Part shown: one piece after another, positions 41,254 to 55,705 of the stretch
How positions within the stretch are numbered: the first letter of the stretch is position 1
Layout: each line of letters opens with the position of its first letter
Assembly: GCA_951406725.2 (NCBI GenBank)
Contig: OX597822.1
Span: 434,001 to 498,000 of the forward strand
Length of the DNA stretch: 64,000 nt
Reading direction: 5' to 3'
DNA from: Octopus vulgaris
Taxonomy: Eukaryota
Notes under the pieces: generated by a model
Database searches by the model: none
Told to the model about the DNA's origin: nothing
Seen by the model: the letters and a program-made list of their open reading frames with translations, nothing else
Position numbers and translations under genes: made by a program

Positions 41254-41317
41254 CGTCTGTTGTTACGGTATTACTAATTGTTATATTTGTAGTTATAGAA
41301 GTACTAATTGTTATAAC

Positions 41318-41609
41318 GTGGAGAGACATGGCCTAGTGGTTAGAGCAGCGGACTCGCGGTCGAGGGATCGCAGGTTCGAATCTCAGACCGGGCGATGTGT
41401 GAAACGCCTAACCTCCATGCGGCTCCGGCAGAAGGTAATGGCGAATTTCTGCTGACTCTTTCGCCACAACTTTCTTTCACTCTTTTCTCCTGCATTTTGC
41501 AGCTCACCTGCGACGGTTCGGCGGCCCGTCCAGGTGGGGAACCTATACGCCAAGGAAACCGGGAAACCGGCCCTATGAGCCAGGGATGGCTCGAGAAGGA
41601 ACAAACAAC
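41318..41609 (+). mobile_element. tRNA-derived SINE, family E
   Basis: tggcctagtggttagagc, ggttcgaatct, (aac)n tail; TSD aattgttataac. Confidence 0.87.
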
Positions 41610-41694
41610 AATTGTTATAACATATGTTGTAACAGTACTTTCAATACGATATTTGTAGTTACTCTGCAATTAATCATTATACAATCGGCTGTTG

Positions 41695-41915
41695 AGGCGG
41701 TGAGCTGGTAAAATCGTTAAGGAGTCGGACAAAATGCTTAGCGGTATTTCTTAGGACTCTTAACATTCTGAGCCCAAATGCATCCGAGGTTGACTTTGCT
41801 TTTCATTCTTTTGGAGGGGCGATAAAATAATTACCAGTTGAACATTGGGTTTGATTTAATCGACTATTTCCCTCTCTTAAAATTTCAAGCTTTGCGCCTA
41901 CAGTGGAAGTATTAT
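41695..41915 (+). mobile_element. Diverged SINE family D
   Basis: gaggcggtgagctggtaaaatcgtta..ccgaggttgactttgcttttcat. Confidence 0.78.
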
Positions 41916-42383
41916 GATGTTTGTAGTTACATTAATGTTGAGTTATGATGTCTATGGTTTCGTTAACCCTAATAGTCGGGATCTGTGTCGTGGCTGTTAT
42001 ACTAACAGCTATGATGTTCTTAGTTAAAGTAGTACTAATAGCTATGATGTTTGTCCGAGCCATAAATCATATACAAACACCACATTACTAATTCTTTTGT
42101 CACTTTTGCTTCAAACGACATTTATATTCTAATTTTATTTGTCTTGCATGATTTAAATAATCTTCACGTCTATCCTACCCTTTTCCCTCTTTCATGCTAC
42201 TTCCGGTCTGCTTCTCCCGCCCTACTCTAGAACGCTCTGTCTCCACCGCCTCATTATATTTCTGAGTCCGAGGCTTCCTTTTTGTATTAGTGTCTTTTAC
42301 TAATCATTCTTTTTTTCCTTTTCTTTCTTTCTTATCCTTTTCTTTATTTAGTGCTTTCTTTTTATCTTTTTATTTTCTGCTTG

Positions 42384-42455
<72 letters not shown>

Positions 42456-43659
42456 TCGTTTCCAGTCGTTTCTTATAAATTAGACGTCTGTGCGTCTTTA
42501 AATTCTTGACTACAAAAGTCTTTGATTCCGGTTCTCTAATTCTCCGTCTCCCATATCAATGTTTACACTCTCCCCACCCGCGATACTCAACTGATTGTTT
42601 CACACCTAAATCCACCCACAATTTTTCGCTTTCACCCTACATCCTGCAGCAGTACTCTACCAAACGACACGAATTTAATGAACGAACATTGGAGTCTCAA
42701 CGAGATCATTTGACCTGCTCGAAACAACAGCCAGCGAGATCATTCGACCTACTCAAAACAGCAGCCAAAGAAGACTACCGTAAACAAAGTGACCTATTTT
42801 ACGTTCAACTTTGGGTTTCATTGGGTACAAACTCTCAAATACTAGTTGTATCGAAAACTCAATCCGACTTGCCAACCTCTCTCACCTACGTCACGCTGTA
42901 ACAGGCAGAAACCTCCGTTTCCCGATAATTCCACCTCTGTCTTCAAAGTCGTCTCTTATGTATCAGTTAAATCTAAATACTAAATACCATTATTCTTGGA
43001 TTATCATGCAAGGTAGGGCTGCTCACTCTGGTTTTAAGCCGCTCACTCAACTTTGCACTCAACAAATGCCAGTCAAATGTAGAATTCTGGACAGGTAGAA
43101 ATTTTGATGCTTATAGTAGGAGATGAGTGCACAACCTCTCATAGACTTGTATTTGAGGCTTTTGTGCACAGCCTAGAATATCTCAGAGGTAACAGCAACA
43201 TAATGATGGAATTACAGTCTGGTTCTCTGGTGTCACCCTCAAAGGTTATTTCCATTGATGAACACAGAGCATTCCCCCCCAAAATCATATATTTGAAAAC
43301 GAGGAGAAAATTGAATCTCTTGACCAATATGAAAGTTACTGTTAACTGAGGTGACTTAGCAGCTTAGTTTGTCAAATTTATAATTCAGCTGGGCAAGGAC
43401 CAGTTAGTAGTTAGTAGCTGACTACTGTCCAGAGCAAAATGACATTGAGAAGAATATTAATGCCGCTCTCATTCAACAGTTACCAAATCAATCCAGGTGG
43501 TACAGGTCAGTTTATACTATAGTTGATGTCAACTGACCAACAGAATATTTCAATTCTCCGCAGCAAACTTGTGGCCCGCTTTACACTCAGCAACTCAAAG
43601 TAACTGGACTTACTATGTTGCATCGGAATTTTGATGCACTAAACTCTAAGTTATAGGAG

Positions 43660-43975
43660 AGATTTTGACCGCAAAAAATCATTTTAGATGTTCTTCAAGA
43701 AATTCAATATACGCTATCAAATGTCAAGGATCTAATGAAGATTATATAGGTCACACAAAGCTTACTCTAAGAAACAGACTGACAATAGAGCGACAACAAA
43801 TACAAGACCCCAGTACTAGACAGGTTTCCCTGAGTGGACACATAGATATATATGCAAAAGTCCCCCAAATTCCAGGTCTTCTCCCTCTAAGTTCAGTGAA
43901 TATCACAGATGAAGCACGAATAAACAAAGAAAATACTTTCATACAAAAGTACGAACCAGCTTAACAAACTGTAAC
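43660..43975 (+). mobile_element. Penelope-like GIY-YIG endonuclease remnant
   Basis: FRCSSRNSIYAIKCQGSNEDYIGHTKLTLRNRLT..RQQI..RINKENTFIQKYEP. Confidence 0.85.
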
Positions 43976-44356
43976 TGAGTATATACACAAATAACTATTC
44001 GCACACAAAACTCATTCTGCCACTTAACGTGAGGAACCTCCACAGCTAACAACCTAAACTTTAGCCACTGGACTATATACAAACGACTCCTGTGCACTCG
44101 CCCATTTGGCAGATTAAATTTAGAGTGCCTTGATTGTAACAAAACATGTTCACTAAACCGTGTCGCAAAATATACTGTCACGTGACACTAACGCACGGAC
44201 GTAGCAGGAAACGCACAAAAGTTTTAGGCTTAATCACATGTTTATTCTCTACAAACACTTAACAGAAAACATTCAGAGTATTGATTGTTTGGTACTGTCA
44301 CTAGACATGCTAAGTCAACCATGTCAAGCTTAACTTACGACGCCAGACATTAACAT

Positions 44357-44500
44357 TATCATCATCATCATTGTTCGACCATGGTCGAGACAATGGAATT
44401 TACCATGCTACGCCAGACTTCACGGTCCATCATAGCATTACGGAGGTCCTGTTGCTGGATGCCTGTATCCCTGGAGATTACATCAGAGTAGGAGAGTATC
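44357..44500 (-). mobile_element. RTE/RTE-X LINE extreme 3' fragment
   Basis: LSYSDVISRDTGIQQQDLRNAMMDREVWRSMV followed by a (TGA)n tail. Confidence 0.7.
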
Positions 44501-44813
44501 ACTTGATTCTAGCACACGGGCGTAGCGGGGAACCTACGAAAATTTCTAAGACCAGTCATGTGATTATCCTTTACCAATCGACTCCTATTCAAAACATATA
44601 CTAATTTGAGCCCTGAACTCCCTATAAAAATTGAACAAGCTCCAACCACTACGCAGAAGCAAGACAGCCGCGACATAAGCCACCTCTTTCTATTTCAAAT
44701 TTTTGAAAATCAGTGAAACTAGTTGAATCTTTGAATATAATAAAAATTATTTTAACTATTCTCAGTGCATTTTCAACTTCTATTTTTCCTATACACACAC
44801 GCACACACATACA

Positions 44814-44934
<121 letters not shown>

Positions 44935-45034
44935 CCTGTAATTCGGGACGGTCATTTTTTTGCCAAATAAACACACGCACTATATATATTCGTCCTTCAC
45001 TCGTTTATTACCCTTTTTAACTCATATCCATTGT

Positions 45035-45074
45035 TCAGAAATCTTTCGTCACATACCTGTGACCTCTTCAGTGA
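45035..45074 (-). ncRNA. Minimal type I hammerhead ribozyme in a Penelope-like terminal repeat (~44932-45140)
   Basis: tca-CTGAAGA-g-gtcaca ggta tgtgac-GAAAG at TTC-tga; 6-bp stem II, UUC triplet. Confidence 0.72.
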
Positions 45075-46331
45075 CACTTTCCGTCCTCGAGTGTGCTCCT
45101 ACTCTGCTTAGCCCATTCTGTTCTTCTATGAGGTATATCCTTATATGCGCATGCGTTTGCGTCTGTTTTGTGTATGTGTGTGTGTGTACAGGTGTGTGTG
45201 AGTGTGTCGTTATTCTTAGTAGTACTATGACCCTCCCATCACCCCATCTCCTCCCTTGTTGCCATTGTTGCTGCCCTTGACCCCAACTTTTGGTAACGTT
45301 CCTGTATCCCTCTGTGTTTGTGTGTTTGCCCACTCTTCTGCCATTGTGGTAGCTGTTGTTGTTGCCGTTGTTGGTGTCGTTGTTGATGTTGAAGTGATCG
45401 TTTGTGAAGTTACTGTATGTGTGTTTCTGTGTGTATATGGGTTCGATTATTATGTTGTTTATATCTGTGCCTGTTATAATTTTTTGTGCTTACCTGTTTA
45501 ACTCTATTTCTCATATTTATCACAGCGTGTGCATATTTGTCCGTTGTGCGTATTACATGGTTTGTATCTGTTTATTTTTCTCCCTTCTGTCTTTAGTCGT
45601 CATGTTGTGTGGTATGGTGGTGGGTGTTATTGTTCCATTCGTGCTTTCTGTTGAGGATCGGCCTGTCTATTGCTATGTGTGTAGCCTCTGTGATCTGTGT
45701 AAGCGTCCTGTTAGTTCTATACGTTGATAATCCCTTGACCTCTAAGTTATTAACCTAGCCTCTATGTTCTACTTGATCATATTGGTAGAGCAATGACAAA
45801 CCTTTCTCCTCTTTGAGCTTCCGCCAGTGTTTACCTATAAGCTCCTCTATGCTACAAGCTGTCTCTCCAATGTAAGTAGTTGTTTTCTTTCTGCACATTC
45901 CCCCAGTACATCATAAGCTATACACTGTATTCCTAACCTTACAGTTAACCTGTGGGTTCATCCTACGTACTATACAATAGTTCTCCGTACTTGGGGACCA
46001 ATCGAAGGAATAAGTTCTACAGATCAGGGATTTTATAGGGGCTCCAGACCTTTCTACTACTTTAACCTGTAGATTAGCTATATCTTATGCTTTTCTAAAA
46101 AGGTATGCTAGTTCGCCGCCAGGGGTAGCATCAACGTATATGACAATCTGGTATTTCTTTGTATTGATGCCATACTATGAATTGACCTAATCTATCTTTT
46201 TTCTGGTCCTTTCTGTGCTGCTCCAGGATTTATTCCTGTATGGCGGGTCGATTCCCTTTGTATCACTCTTTGATGGTTTTGTACTTAGTTCGAGTTCCTT
46301 TGTACACTCTAATTCTGTCCCTTTACATATA

Positions 46332-47799
46332 TACGAGGGGGTACCCAAAAGAAATCGGAATTTAGCAACATTATTTTATTTACTTAGTTTTAGATGTTTA
46401 CACATTTATCGCCTTCAGAGTATTCTCCATTTGAAGCAATGCATCGGCCCTGATGCATTTTTCACGATTCGAAGCAGTGCTGGAACTCTTGCGAAGTGTT
46501 GCCTTTTAACGCCTCAATCGTTTTCCCTTCACCTCTTCCACATCTGCAAGACATTTTCCTTTAAGAACTTTTTTCATTCGGGAGAACAGAAAAACGTTGC
46601 TGAGAGCAAGATTAGGCGAATAGGGAGGGCGGATAAGCGAGGTTATAGGGAGGGCGGATAAGCGAGGTTAGGCCGTTTTTGGCAAAAACAGTCTTACGCT
46701 CAAGGCTGTTCGCACAGGAACACTTCTCGCTCAAAATTCGTTGGCAGGAGCTCCAGGATACACCAGTCGTATCAATAAGTTCGTAAATTATTCAGCGACG
46801 GCCCTCCAAGTTCAGTTCATGAATTTTTGTGATGTTTTCATTCGTGCGGTAGGTCACCGTGAACAAGATTGGTCTTCAAGCGACAAGTGACCATTCCTAA
46901 AACGTGAAAACCACTCGTAAACTTGCGTTTTGCTCATGGCAGCGTCCTTGTAAACTATTAACAGTTCTCTCTTAACTCGTATTCATAAACGCATCATATA
47001 CCAGGGGGTGCTAAAATATTCCTGGTTTTAAGGGTCTCGCGAAAGGCCCGGTTGGAGGCCCAACTTTCCGAGTTCTTTTACGGGGATTAGAAAGACTGAA
47101 TGACTGTTGCAATAAGTGCATGGACCTGTGAGGGTAATATTTGAAGCGTAACAACTGTTTCGGCCGCCGTTTTCTCCAACAGAAAATAGAATTTCACGGA
47201 AGCATACTTTTCCTTCATTTCAGCAATCGCAACAATTGAACAGGAGAGAAGAACTGCAAAACAAAGACGCACCACGTGACAGTACGACTTCACCCGACGA
47301 CGCCGGCTGACAGACTGATGCCTGAGGGTCACATCAAATGGCATCTAACAGCGGTAGCCTGAACTTCAACGGGCTTGTCTCACAGAGAACGCTTCCGGTT
47401 ACTTTTGGGTACTTACTTGTACTTGTGGTGACATTCACCCTGGGCGGGTTGAGTCGGCTTCTTCTACTCATGGAAGAAGTTTCGTGGGAATATGTGTATT
47501 TGACAAGCGGTCCCCAACAATCCCACATGTGGAGACATCCTGTTTGCCGCAGATTGTCCGCAGACACAGGGGCAAAACGACCGAGGAGCCGCCGGTTGCC
47601 GAAACAGACACTCCGAGGATTTTCGCCAGAGCCCCGTCTGCCGGGTTGTGGCCCCAATACCACTCTGTGTCAGACCAATCCGCCTTGGGTGGCCCTACCA
47701 GGAACCGAAGTTCCCGACGGCATCGCTCTGACACTACCCGTTGCCAGCGTCCCCACCACGGTGAGGAGGGGATGGATTTTGGGTACCCCCCGCTTCGTA
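46332..47799 (-). mobile_element. Internally deleted mariner transposon carrying two insertions
   Basis: TIR tacgagggggtacccaaaag..cggaa at both ends; MKEKYASVKFYFLLEKTAAETVVTL, YKDAAMSKTQVYEWF, PPYSPNLALSNVFLFSRMKKVLKG. Confidence 0.88.
47413..47776 (-). mobile_element. 364-bp non-autonomous RTE-derived retroposon
   Basis: 10-bp TSD ttttgggtac; (caagta)n-like tail; 5' gagcgatgccgtcgggaac..ttcctggtagggccacccaaggcgga resembles RTE 5' UTRs. Confidence 0.72.
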
Positions 47800-47809
47800 T
47801 ATATACACT

Positions 47810-48033
47810 TACGAGGTGGTACTGAAAAGTTTCTAGCTTTCAGTATGAGAAAAAGTACAGGAGGATGAGTTAATTATGATTTTATTCAACATATTACCCT
47901 CACAGCTCCATACACTTATTACAACAATCATTCAGTCTTTCTAATCCCCGTAAAAGAACTCAGAAAGTTGGGACTCCAACCGGGCCTTTCGCGAGACCCT
48001 TAAAACCAGGAATATTTTAGCCCCTTCCTCGTA
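47810..48033. mobile_element. Mariner-type MITE
   Basis: tacgaggtggtactgaaaagtttctagctt / aaccaggaatattttagccccttcctcgta TIRs. Confidence 0.75.
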
Positions 48034-48239
48034 TATGATGCGTTTATGAATACGAGTTAAGAGAGAACTGTTAATAGAATCGCCCACAGGAATGCAACCA
48101 TATGTCTGTCGAATGCCAGAATACTACGGGCGTCTGGTAAACTACGCATGTTTCGATTGCCTTAGTTCATGCGAACAACAACGACTATTAAAACACTAGC
48201 ATCAACATCAACCGCAGTACCAGCAACGATCACAACCGT

Positions 48240-48303
48240 ATGATGATGATGATGATGATGATGATGATCATCATCATCATCATGATCATCATCGTCGTCA
48301 TCA

Positions 48304-48342
<39 letters not shown>

Positions 48343-48425
48343 GCAGCAGCAGCAGTAACAACAACAGCAACAACAATAACAACAACAACAACAACAACAA
48401 CAACAAAACAGCAACGACAACAATG
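48240..48425. repeat. Compound trinucleotide repeats (GAT/CAT/TAT/CAG/CAA)
   Basis: Direct reading. Confidence 0.95.
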
Positions 48426-48585
48426 GCGAACTCCAAAGTACGATGCTGTATTTTATATTTTATAACATTTCAAAGCTAACAGGAAATAGATGAGATCAAA
48501 ACATGATTTTCTTTACTGTCAGGACTTTTGTCTTAAGAGTGGATCATATTCAAGAGTCGGAAAGAGAAGATATAGATTAAGGGAA

Positions 48586-49980
<1,395 letters not shown>

Positions 49981-50751
49981 GGTAGGATGACTTAGAAAGA
50001 GAAAACAACGTTGAAAGCACGTTGGAAGGAAGGATGATTTTGATATTCATTAATGGAAAAAGTATTGTTTGGAAGAAAGAGAAAACAAAGAAGAACAATG
50101 AGGAAGAAGAGAAAAAAGATCTGAAGATACGGCATTCATTAAAGATGCACATAAACTTTATATATACATATTTTCCTTTCATTGTTATTCAGGGATCTTA
50201 AGTATTTCTGAAGCGTCTTATTGATATTGTAACGAATCGGGTGTGATCATTCATGTAAATGTGATAATCTAAGTTTACACACGAACCTCAGACAAACCAA
50301 CGGCTTTTCACAATTCTTTATTTTTTAGTTTTGGGTTTTTGCTTTTGTCTAATCCTTCTTGCTTTGGTATGATAATAATGGTTAAAAATCCTGGTTACTT
50401 ATAACAGAAGCATCTCGACAGAGTAGCTTGAATTTAAATAGAAACACTCAATGACTTGATGCACTTCTATACCAATTCCTTCCTAGTTCTTTTTATCTCT
50501 TAATCAGCTTGATGTTGCCAAGTTGTTTCGCACAATCATTCATTCGTTCGTTAGTCGTGGTTTTATGGTGTATATGTCTTTTTTTTCTACGGATATCACC
50601 CAGTTTTACAACTCCTATTATTTGGTTTCCCATCTTGTGTGTATTCAATATTTTGTTCTGCGGGTATTTAAGGTCTTAAAAACATTATCTTGCTTTACAT
50701 TTTGGTATCCAAAGAAAATAAAAGAGAAGCAAATACAAACACCAAATGCTA

Positions 50752-50918
<167 letters not shown>

Positions 50919-51257
50919 CTTGATCGTCATCATTTATGATCATAAGGATGATGATCAGTGCGATCCTGTATCTGTTGCAGATGAAGATATTGATTTTGAT
51001 CATCATCGTGATCACGATGATGATGATGATGATGATGATCATCATCATCATCAGCAGTAGCACCATTATCATCATCATCATCATTTACAATCAGCAGCAC
51101 CATCGCCAACACTAGCACCACCACCACCACCACATCAACTACTACAGTTAGGAATTTCAAACTTCCGGGGTGTGATATAGTAAACTATACCATTATTAGG
51201 CAGTGCCTCAGTTTGCTTCAGTTTGCTGGTTGTTAACCACCATTATAATATATCATA

Positions 51258-51418
51258 TAGGAGTGGCTGCGTGGTAAGTAGCTTCCTTACCAACCACATG
51301 GTTCCGGGTTCATTCCCACTGCGTGGAATCTCGGGCAAGTGTCTTCTACTATAGACTCGGGGCAACCAAAGCCTCGTAAGTGGATTTGGTAAACGGACAC
51401 TGAAAGAAGCCTGTCGAA

Positions 51419-51467
<49 letters not shown>

Positions 51468-51664
51468 ATATGTTTGTGTGTCTGTGTTTGTCCCCCCAAC
51501 ATCGCTTGACAACCGATGCTGGTGTGTTTACGGCAAAAGAGACAGATAGAATAAGTACTAGGCTTACAAAAAATAAGTCCTGGGGTCGATTTGCTCGACT
51601 AAAAGGTGGTGCTCCAGTATGGTCGCAGTCAAATGACTGAATCAAGTAAAAATGTGAAAGAGTA
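51258..51664 (+). mobile_element. SINE family A, full length
   Basis: Colinear with the reverse complement of 2389-2808. Confidence 0.9.
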
Positions 51665-51962
51665 TATGTACATAGACCTACAGTGGACGACGGCTTTGTT
51701 GGTACGAAGATCTTGGTTTGATACGACAGTGCGCATCCTGAGGCAAATGTCTGGCAATAGAGCTTTACGTTGACTGCGCGTATAGACACACACAAACACA
51801 CGCACACACATACACACATACACACACACACACGTACACCTGCGCACGTGTGTGTTTGTGCGTGTGTGTACATACGCACAAATACAGATGTACAAACGTA
51901 TGTTCGTCCGTCCGTCCGTCCGTATGTACGTACGTATGTATGCATGTATGTATGTATGAATA

Positions 51963-52098
51963 AGTGTATGCGTTTAGGTAAGAAGCTTGTATCCAAACTA
52001 CACGATTCAGGGTTCAATCCCATTGCATGGTGTCTTGGACAAGTGTCTACTACAGCCTTGTAAGTGAATTTGGCAGATGGAAACTGAAGGAAGCCTAT

Positions 52099-52151
<53 letters not shown>

Positions 52152-52346
52152 GAGTGGCTGTGTGGTAAGTAGCTTGCTTACCAACCACATGGTTCCGGGT
52201 TCAGTCCCATTGCGTGGCACCTTGGGCAAGTGTCTTTAGCTATAGACTCGGGCCAACCAAAGCCTTGTGAGTGGATTTGGTAGACGGAAACTGAAAGAAG
52301 CCCGCCGTACATTCTACTAAATCAGACAAGGTTGGAATTCTTTTTA

Positions 52347-52382
<36 letters not shown>

Positions 52383-52497
52383 AGGTTTTTGTAGGCCCGA
52401 GGCTATAGTAGAAGACACTTGCCTAAAGTATCATGCAGTGGAACTGAATCCAGAGCCATGTGGTTGGGAAGCAAGCTTCTTGCCACATAGCTACGAC
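51963..52497. mobile_element. Three partial family A SINE 5' halves (51963-52100 +, 52148-52308 +, 52381-52497 -)
   Basis: Repeated ggttcagtcccattgcgtggcaccttgggcaagtgtctt blocks. Confidence 0.85.
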
Positions 52498-52499
52498 TA

Positions 52500-52771
52500 T
52501 ATATATAAAGTGTATAGTATTTATAAACAAAAGAAGCGACCCTTTACAGTAATCCCTCGACTATCGCGGCTGTTACGGTCCCAAAAACCACAGCGATAGG
52601 TGAACCGCGATATGGCGAGGAATTATTATATATATTACTCTATTTGTACATGTGGATGTACAACCATATGTGAGCAATGCATATTTATAAAAGCCCAAAC
52701 AATATGAACTCAGTGCTCGTGCACTTAATTGAATAGCTGGACACCCTGATTTAGTTAAATTAGTTAAGCTA

Positions 52772-52776
<5 letters not shown>
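52500..52776 (+). repeat. Locally duplicated segment with a Tigger/pogo-like TIR; copies at 55955-56246 and partial 54366-54460
   Basis: tacagtaatccctcgactatcgcg..accgcgatatggcgagg..aactcagtgctcgtgcactta shared among copies. Confidence 0.75.
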
Positions 52777-52837
<61 letters not shown>

Positions 52838-52847
52838 ATGTATATAT

Positions 52848-54335
52848 AGTTGGAATTTACAGACAAAAAAATAAAACAAAACATAAGTTGAAGACGGGTG
52901 TGCAACGCTCGGGAAGTTTCGAGCATACGCTCTTCAACGGAAAGGAGCACACATATAAACAGAGAGAGAAAAAAGGTTTAGTGGCTAGCGATCAATCACA
53001 CACACACACACACACACAAACAAAGTGAGCGGCAATATCCCCATTTAAACGAGAATGTTCACTTACAAGAAACTATTTTGTGGTAGATATGAGAAATACT
53101 CTTATATTGACTTTTGGTGCGACATGCACACTTGTTAATATCGCTAACGCGGAGACAAACAGGTAAATCCCGACAATCTTCAGTGCCGAGACCACCAGAA
53201 CACACGTGATTTCGACCTTTCTTCGTCTTGTCAATGATGGACACTCGACCGCTAAAGATAGCAGTGACGACTCATCGTCCCGCCTCCGATATATAGACAA
53301 ACAGCACCATAAGAGGCGCTGGTGTTGCGAGATATCCGACATAGCAATGACACCCCGGTCTCGCGCCAATTCCGCTCTACCGGTCACTCTTTGCAACACC
53401 TGTCCGTGTTCGGATTATCCTTGCACCGTGAACAGGGAGTAATCTTCTCTCTTCGCTCCTTTGCGCTACATGGGCTCAAATCTCCTCCCCTCTTCATCTA
53501 ACCTCCTCCCCTCTCCTCTCTCCCCCTCACACCTACATCCTCCCACCCACCTCTCCTCTCTTGCTCCGATTCCTACTTCTCTTCACTCCTACTCTCCTTC
53601 TCTCTTCTCTTCACTCCTACCCACCTTCTCCTTCCCCCTTTCATCGTCATTCCTCCCTCTTAAGCCCACCCCACCCCTACACATTCTACCCCAACTTCCC
53701 TAATCTTTCCCAACCCCACCCCACCCCATCCCTTACACCCACTCCCACATACCCCACCTGTACCCCCACCCTCCGCCTGCCCACATACCCCACCACTACC
53801 CTCAGCCTAACCCATGCCCCACCCTTTCTTTCCCCACTCTCGCCTCCCCCATCTCTCAACACCATCACACAACACCACGCACTACTACACCATACACTAC
53901 CATACCACATCACAACACATCTCAACACACCACCAGGCACACACCAGCACTGGCCACTTCCCAGACCCACATTTTCACACCTACACATACACACACGCAC
54001 ACGTCAAGATCACCAGCCCTCTTCTACACGCACATACAAACTCTCTTATATACACGCACGCGCACCTTCGTTTGGGGATCACCACTACTTTATTATCTCT
54101 CTTTCTCCCTCGCTCTACTGTGTGACTCTTCTGTCCGGCATTCGCCATGATAGATCGCTAGTCACTACACATTCTTTATTTTCTCTCCTTGTTTCTTTCT
54201 GTGTTCCTTTCTGTGGGAGAGCGTAGGCTCGAAACGTTAAAGACTTTTTCACTTCCCGAGCGTTATACTAATACATCTGTTTGTTTTCTACACTACCTGT
54301 CTTCGTCTTTTGTTTTTTTGTGTGAATTCTCCCTA
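52848..54335 (+). mobile_element. Penelope-like remnant: inverted terminal repeat (52848-52995), GIY-YIG C-terminus (~53328-53500), C-rich UTR, terminal repeat with hammerhead-like motif (54207-54242)
   Basis: RDIRHSNDTPVSRQFRSTGHSLQHLSVFGL..REQGVIFSLRSFALHGL; gagcgtaggctcGAAACGT; 52848-52995 matches the reverse complement of ~54150-54335. Confidence 0.78.
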
Positions 54336-54561
54336 TATATATATATACGCACGCACACACATTAATGTACATGTGGATGACAGAGTTGAAAACCATATGT
54401 GAGCAATGTATATTTATAAAAATCCAAACAATATGAACTCAGTGCTCGTGCACTTAGTTACATACATACATAATGTTATATATATATTTGGAGAGAAGAT
54501 TTTTTCTCAAAGAGTTAAGAGTTAGAAAGTCTTACATATATATAATTATAAAATATATATA

Positions 54562-55250
54562 TCTCTCTATATATAAAACTGAGAATATGTGTGTGTCTGT
54601 CTGTTTGTCTGTGCGTTTCCCTAAAACTTGAGAACTACACAACCAATTTCATTCAATTTTACAGGGTCCGGGGAGTGTCATCGGCAAAAAAATATTCAAC
54701 TTCTTGCCTAGGGCAAGTCCATAGCAATATCATATCTTCTCCACTATTTCAGTATTACGTGTTAAAAGTGAAACAAAAATATTTCTCTATTTTATGTCAG
54801 ATACTTTCACTGTAACACTAAAAATTAGAGATAATAATAACAATTGAATTATATGTAGTTAGTAATAATTAAAATCAAACTAAATTATAATATAATCGTA
54901 ACATAACAAAAGTAAAAATAGCGATTGGTATAAAATTGCATCAATGACTTGAACTTGAATAAGTGGTTTCACATGAATGGGAATAAATTAAATTAAATCA
55001 ACTGCGTACTGCTTTTTGATTCACCGTAAGGCTTGTTGTTATTATTATTACTGTTTAACTATTGTTATCACGTTTGTTGGTTCCTCGTAAGGGAAACGTT
55101 GTTGCATTTGTTAAATAATTGTAAACTGTAGCCCTCCCCCTTTGGGAGAAGAAGCTTTGGTTATTGCTTAAAAATTGAATTGTGTCCCTGTTTGAGGAAA
55201 TTGACAATATTTTCACCGTTTATACGGAAGCATTTTTGTTAGAATGCCTT
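54562..55250 (+). mobile_element. Possible non-autonomous Helitron-like element (5' part)
   Basis: tctctatatataaaact..(gtct)n..gaactacacaaccaatttcattcaattt layout resembles non-autonomous Helitron 5' ends; no 3' hairpin-CTRR found. Confidence 0.4.
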
Positions 55251-55267
55251 CGATGGAAGAAAGTCCA

Positions 55268-55705
55268 AAAATGAATTTCGCTGCAGCCGTCGGCGGGCGC
55301 GAACTCATTAAAATTAAAATGGAAGAAATACAAACCTATGTCGGATTGATCACCGACAAAGACGGTGCATCTAGGATAACACCACCAACCGAAATAAAAA
55401 ATTAAATTAAAGAAAAGACTATTGTCTATAAAGTATACAATGTAGAGAAAAAAGATTTGAACACCTGGAGGAAAGCACCATCGAAAAGTGTCTTGGTGCG
55501 ACTATGAAAGATAACTAACCAGAGGCGGTAAATTCGCAACAATAGAAGCAAGGTTCGAGTCAACGGAGCGTGCAAGGGAGTACTCGACTCGAACCTTGCA
55601 AAGTGGAAATATTTTATTTTTACCTTTATATCTGGGACGTAGGACGTCCCGGATTAAAATTAAAAATGTCCCCCAGAAGTAGAGGTAGGCTGGATTGTAG
55701 CCACA
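55268..55705 (+). mobile_element. L1/Tx1 ORF1 fragment
   Basis: MNFAAAVGG..KTIVYKVYN..IEKCL..KFATIEARF..RRTSRIKIKNVP parallels ORF1 at 25800-26250. Confidence 0.75.

Noticed and set aside
41322-41395. tRNA-like sequence (also at other SINE heads)
   Set aside because: Continues into a SINE body with tail and TSD; not a bona fide tRNA gene
43100-43180. GDECTTSHRLV peptide resembling an RTE endonuclease end
   Set aside because: Too short and decayed to support as a feature
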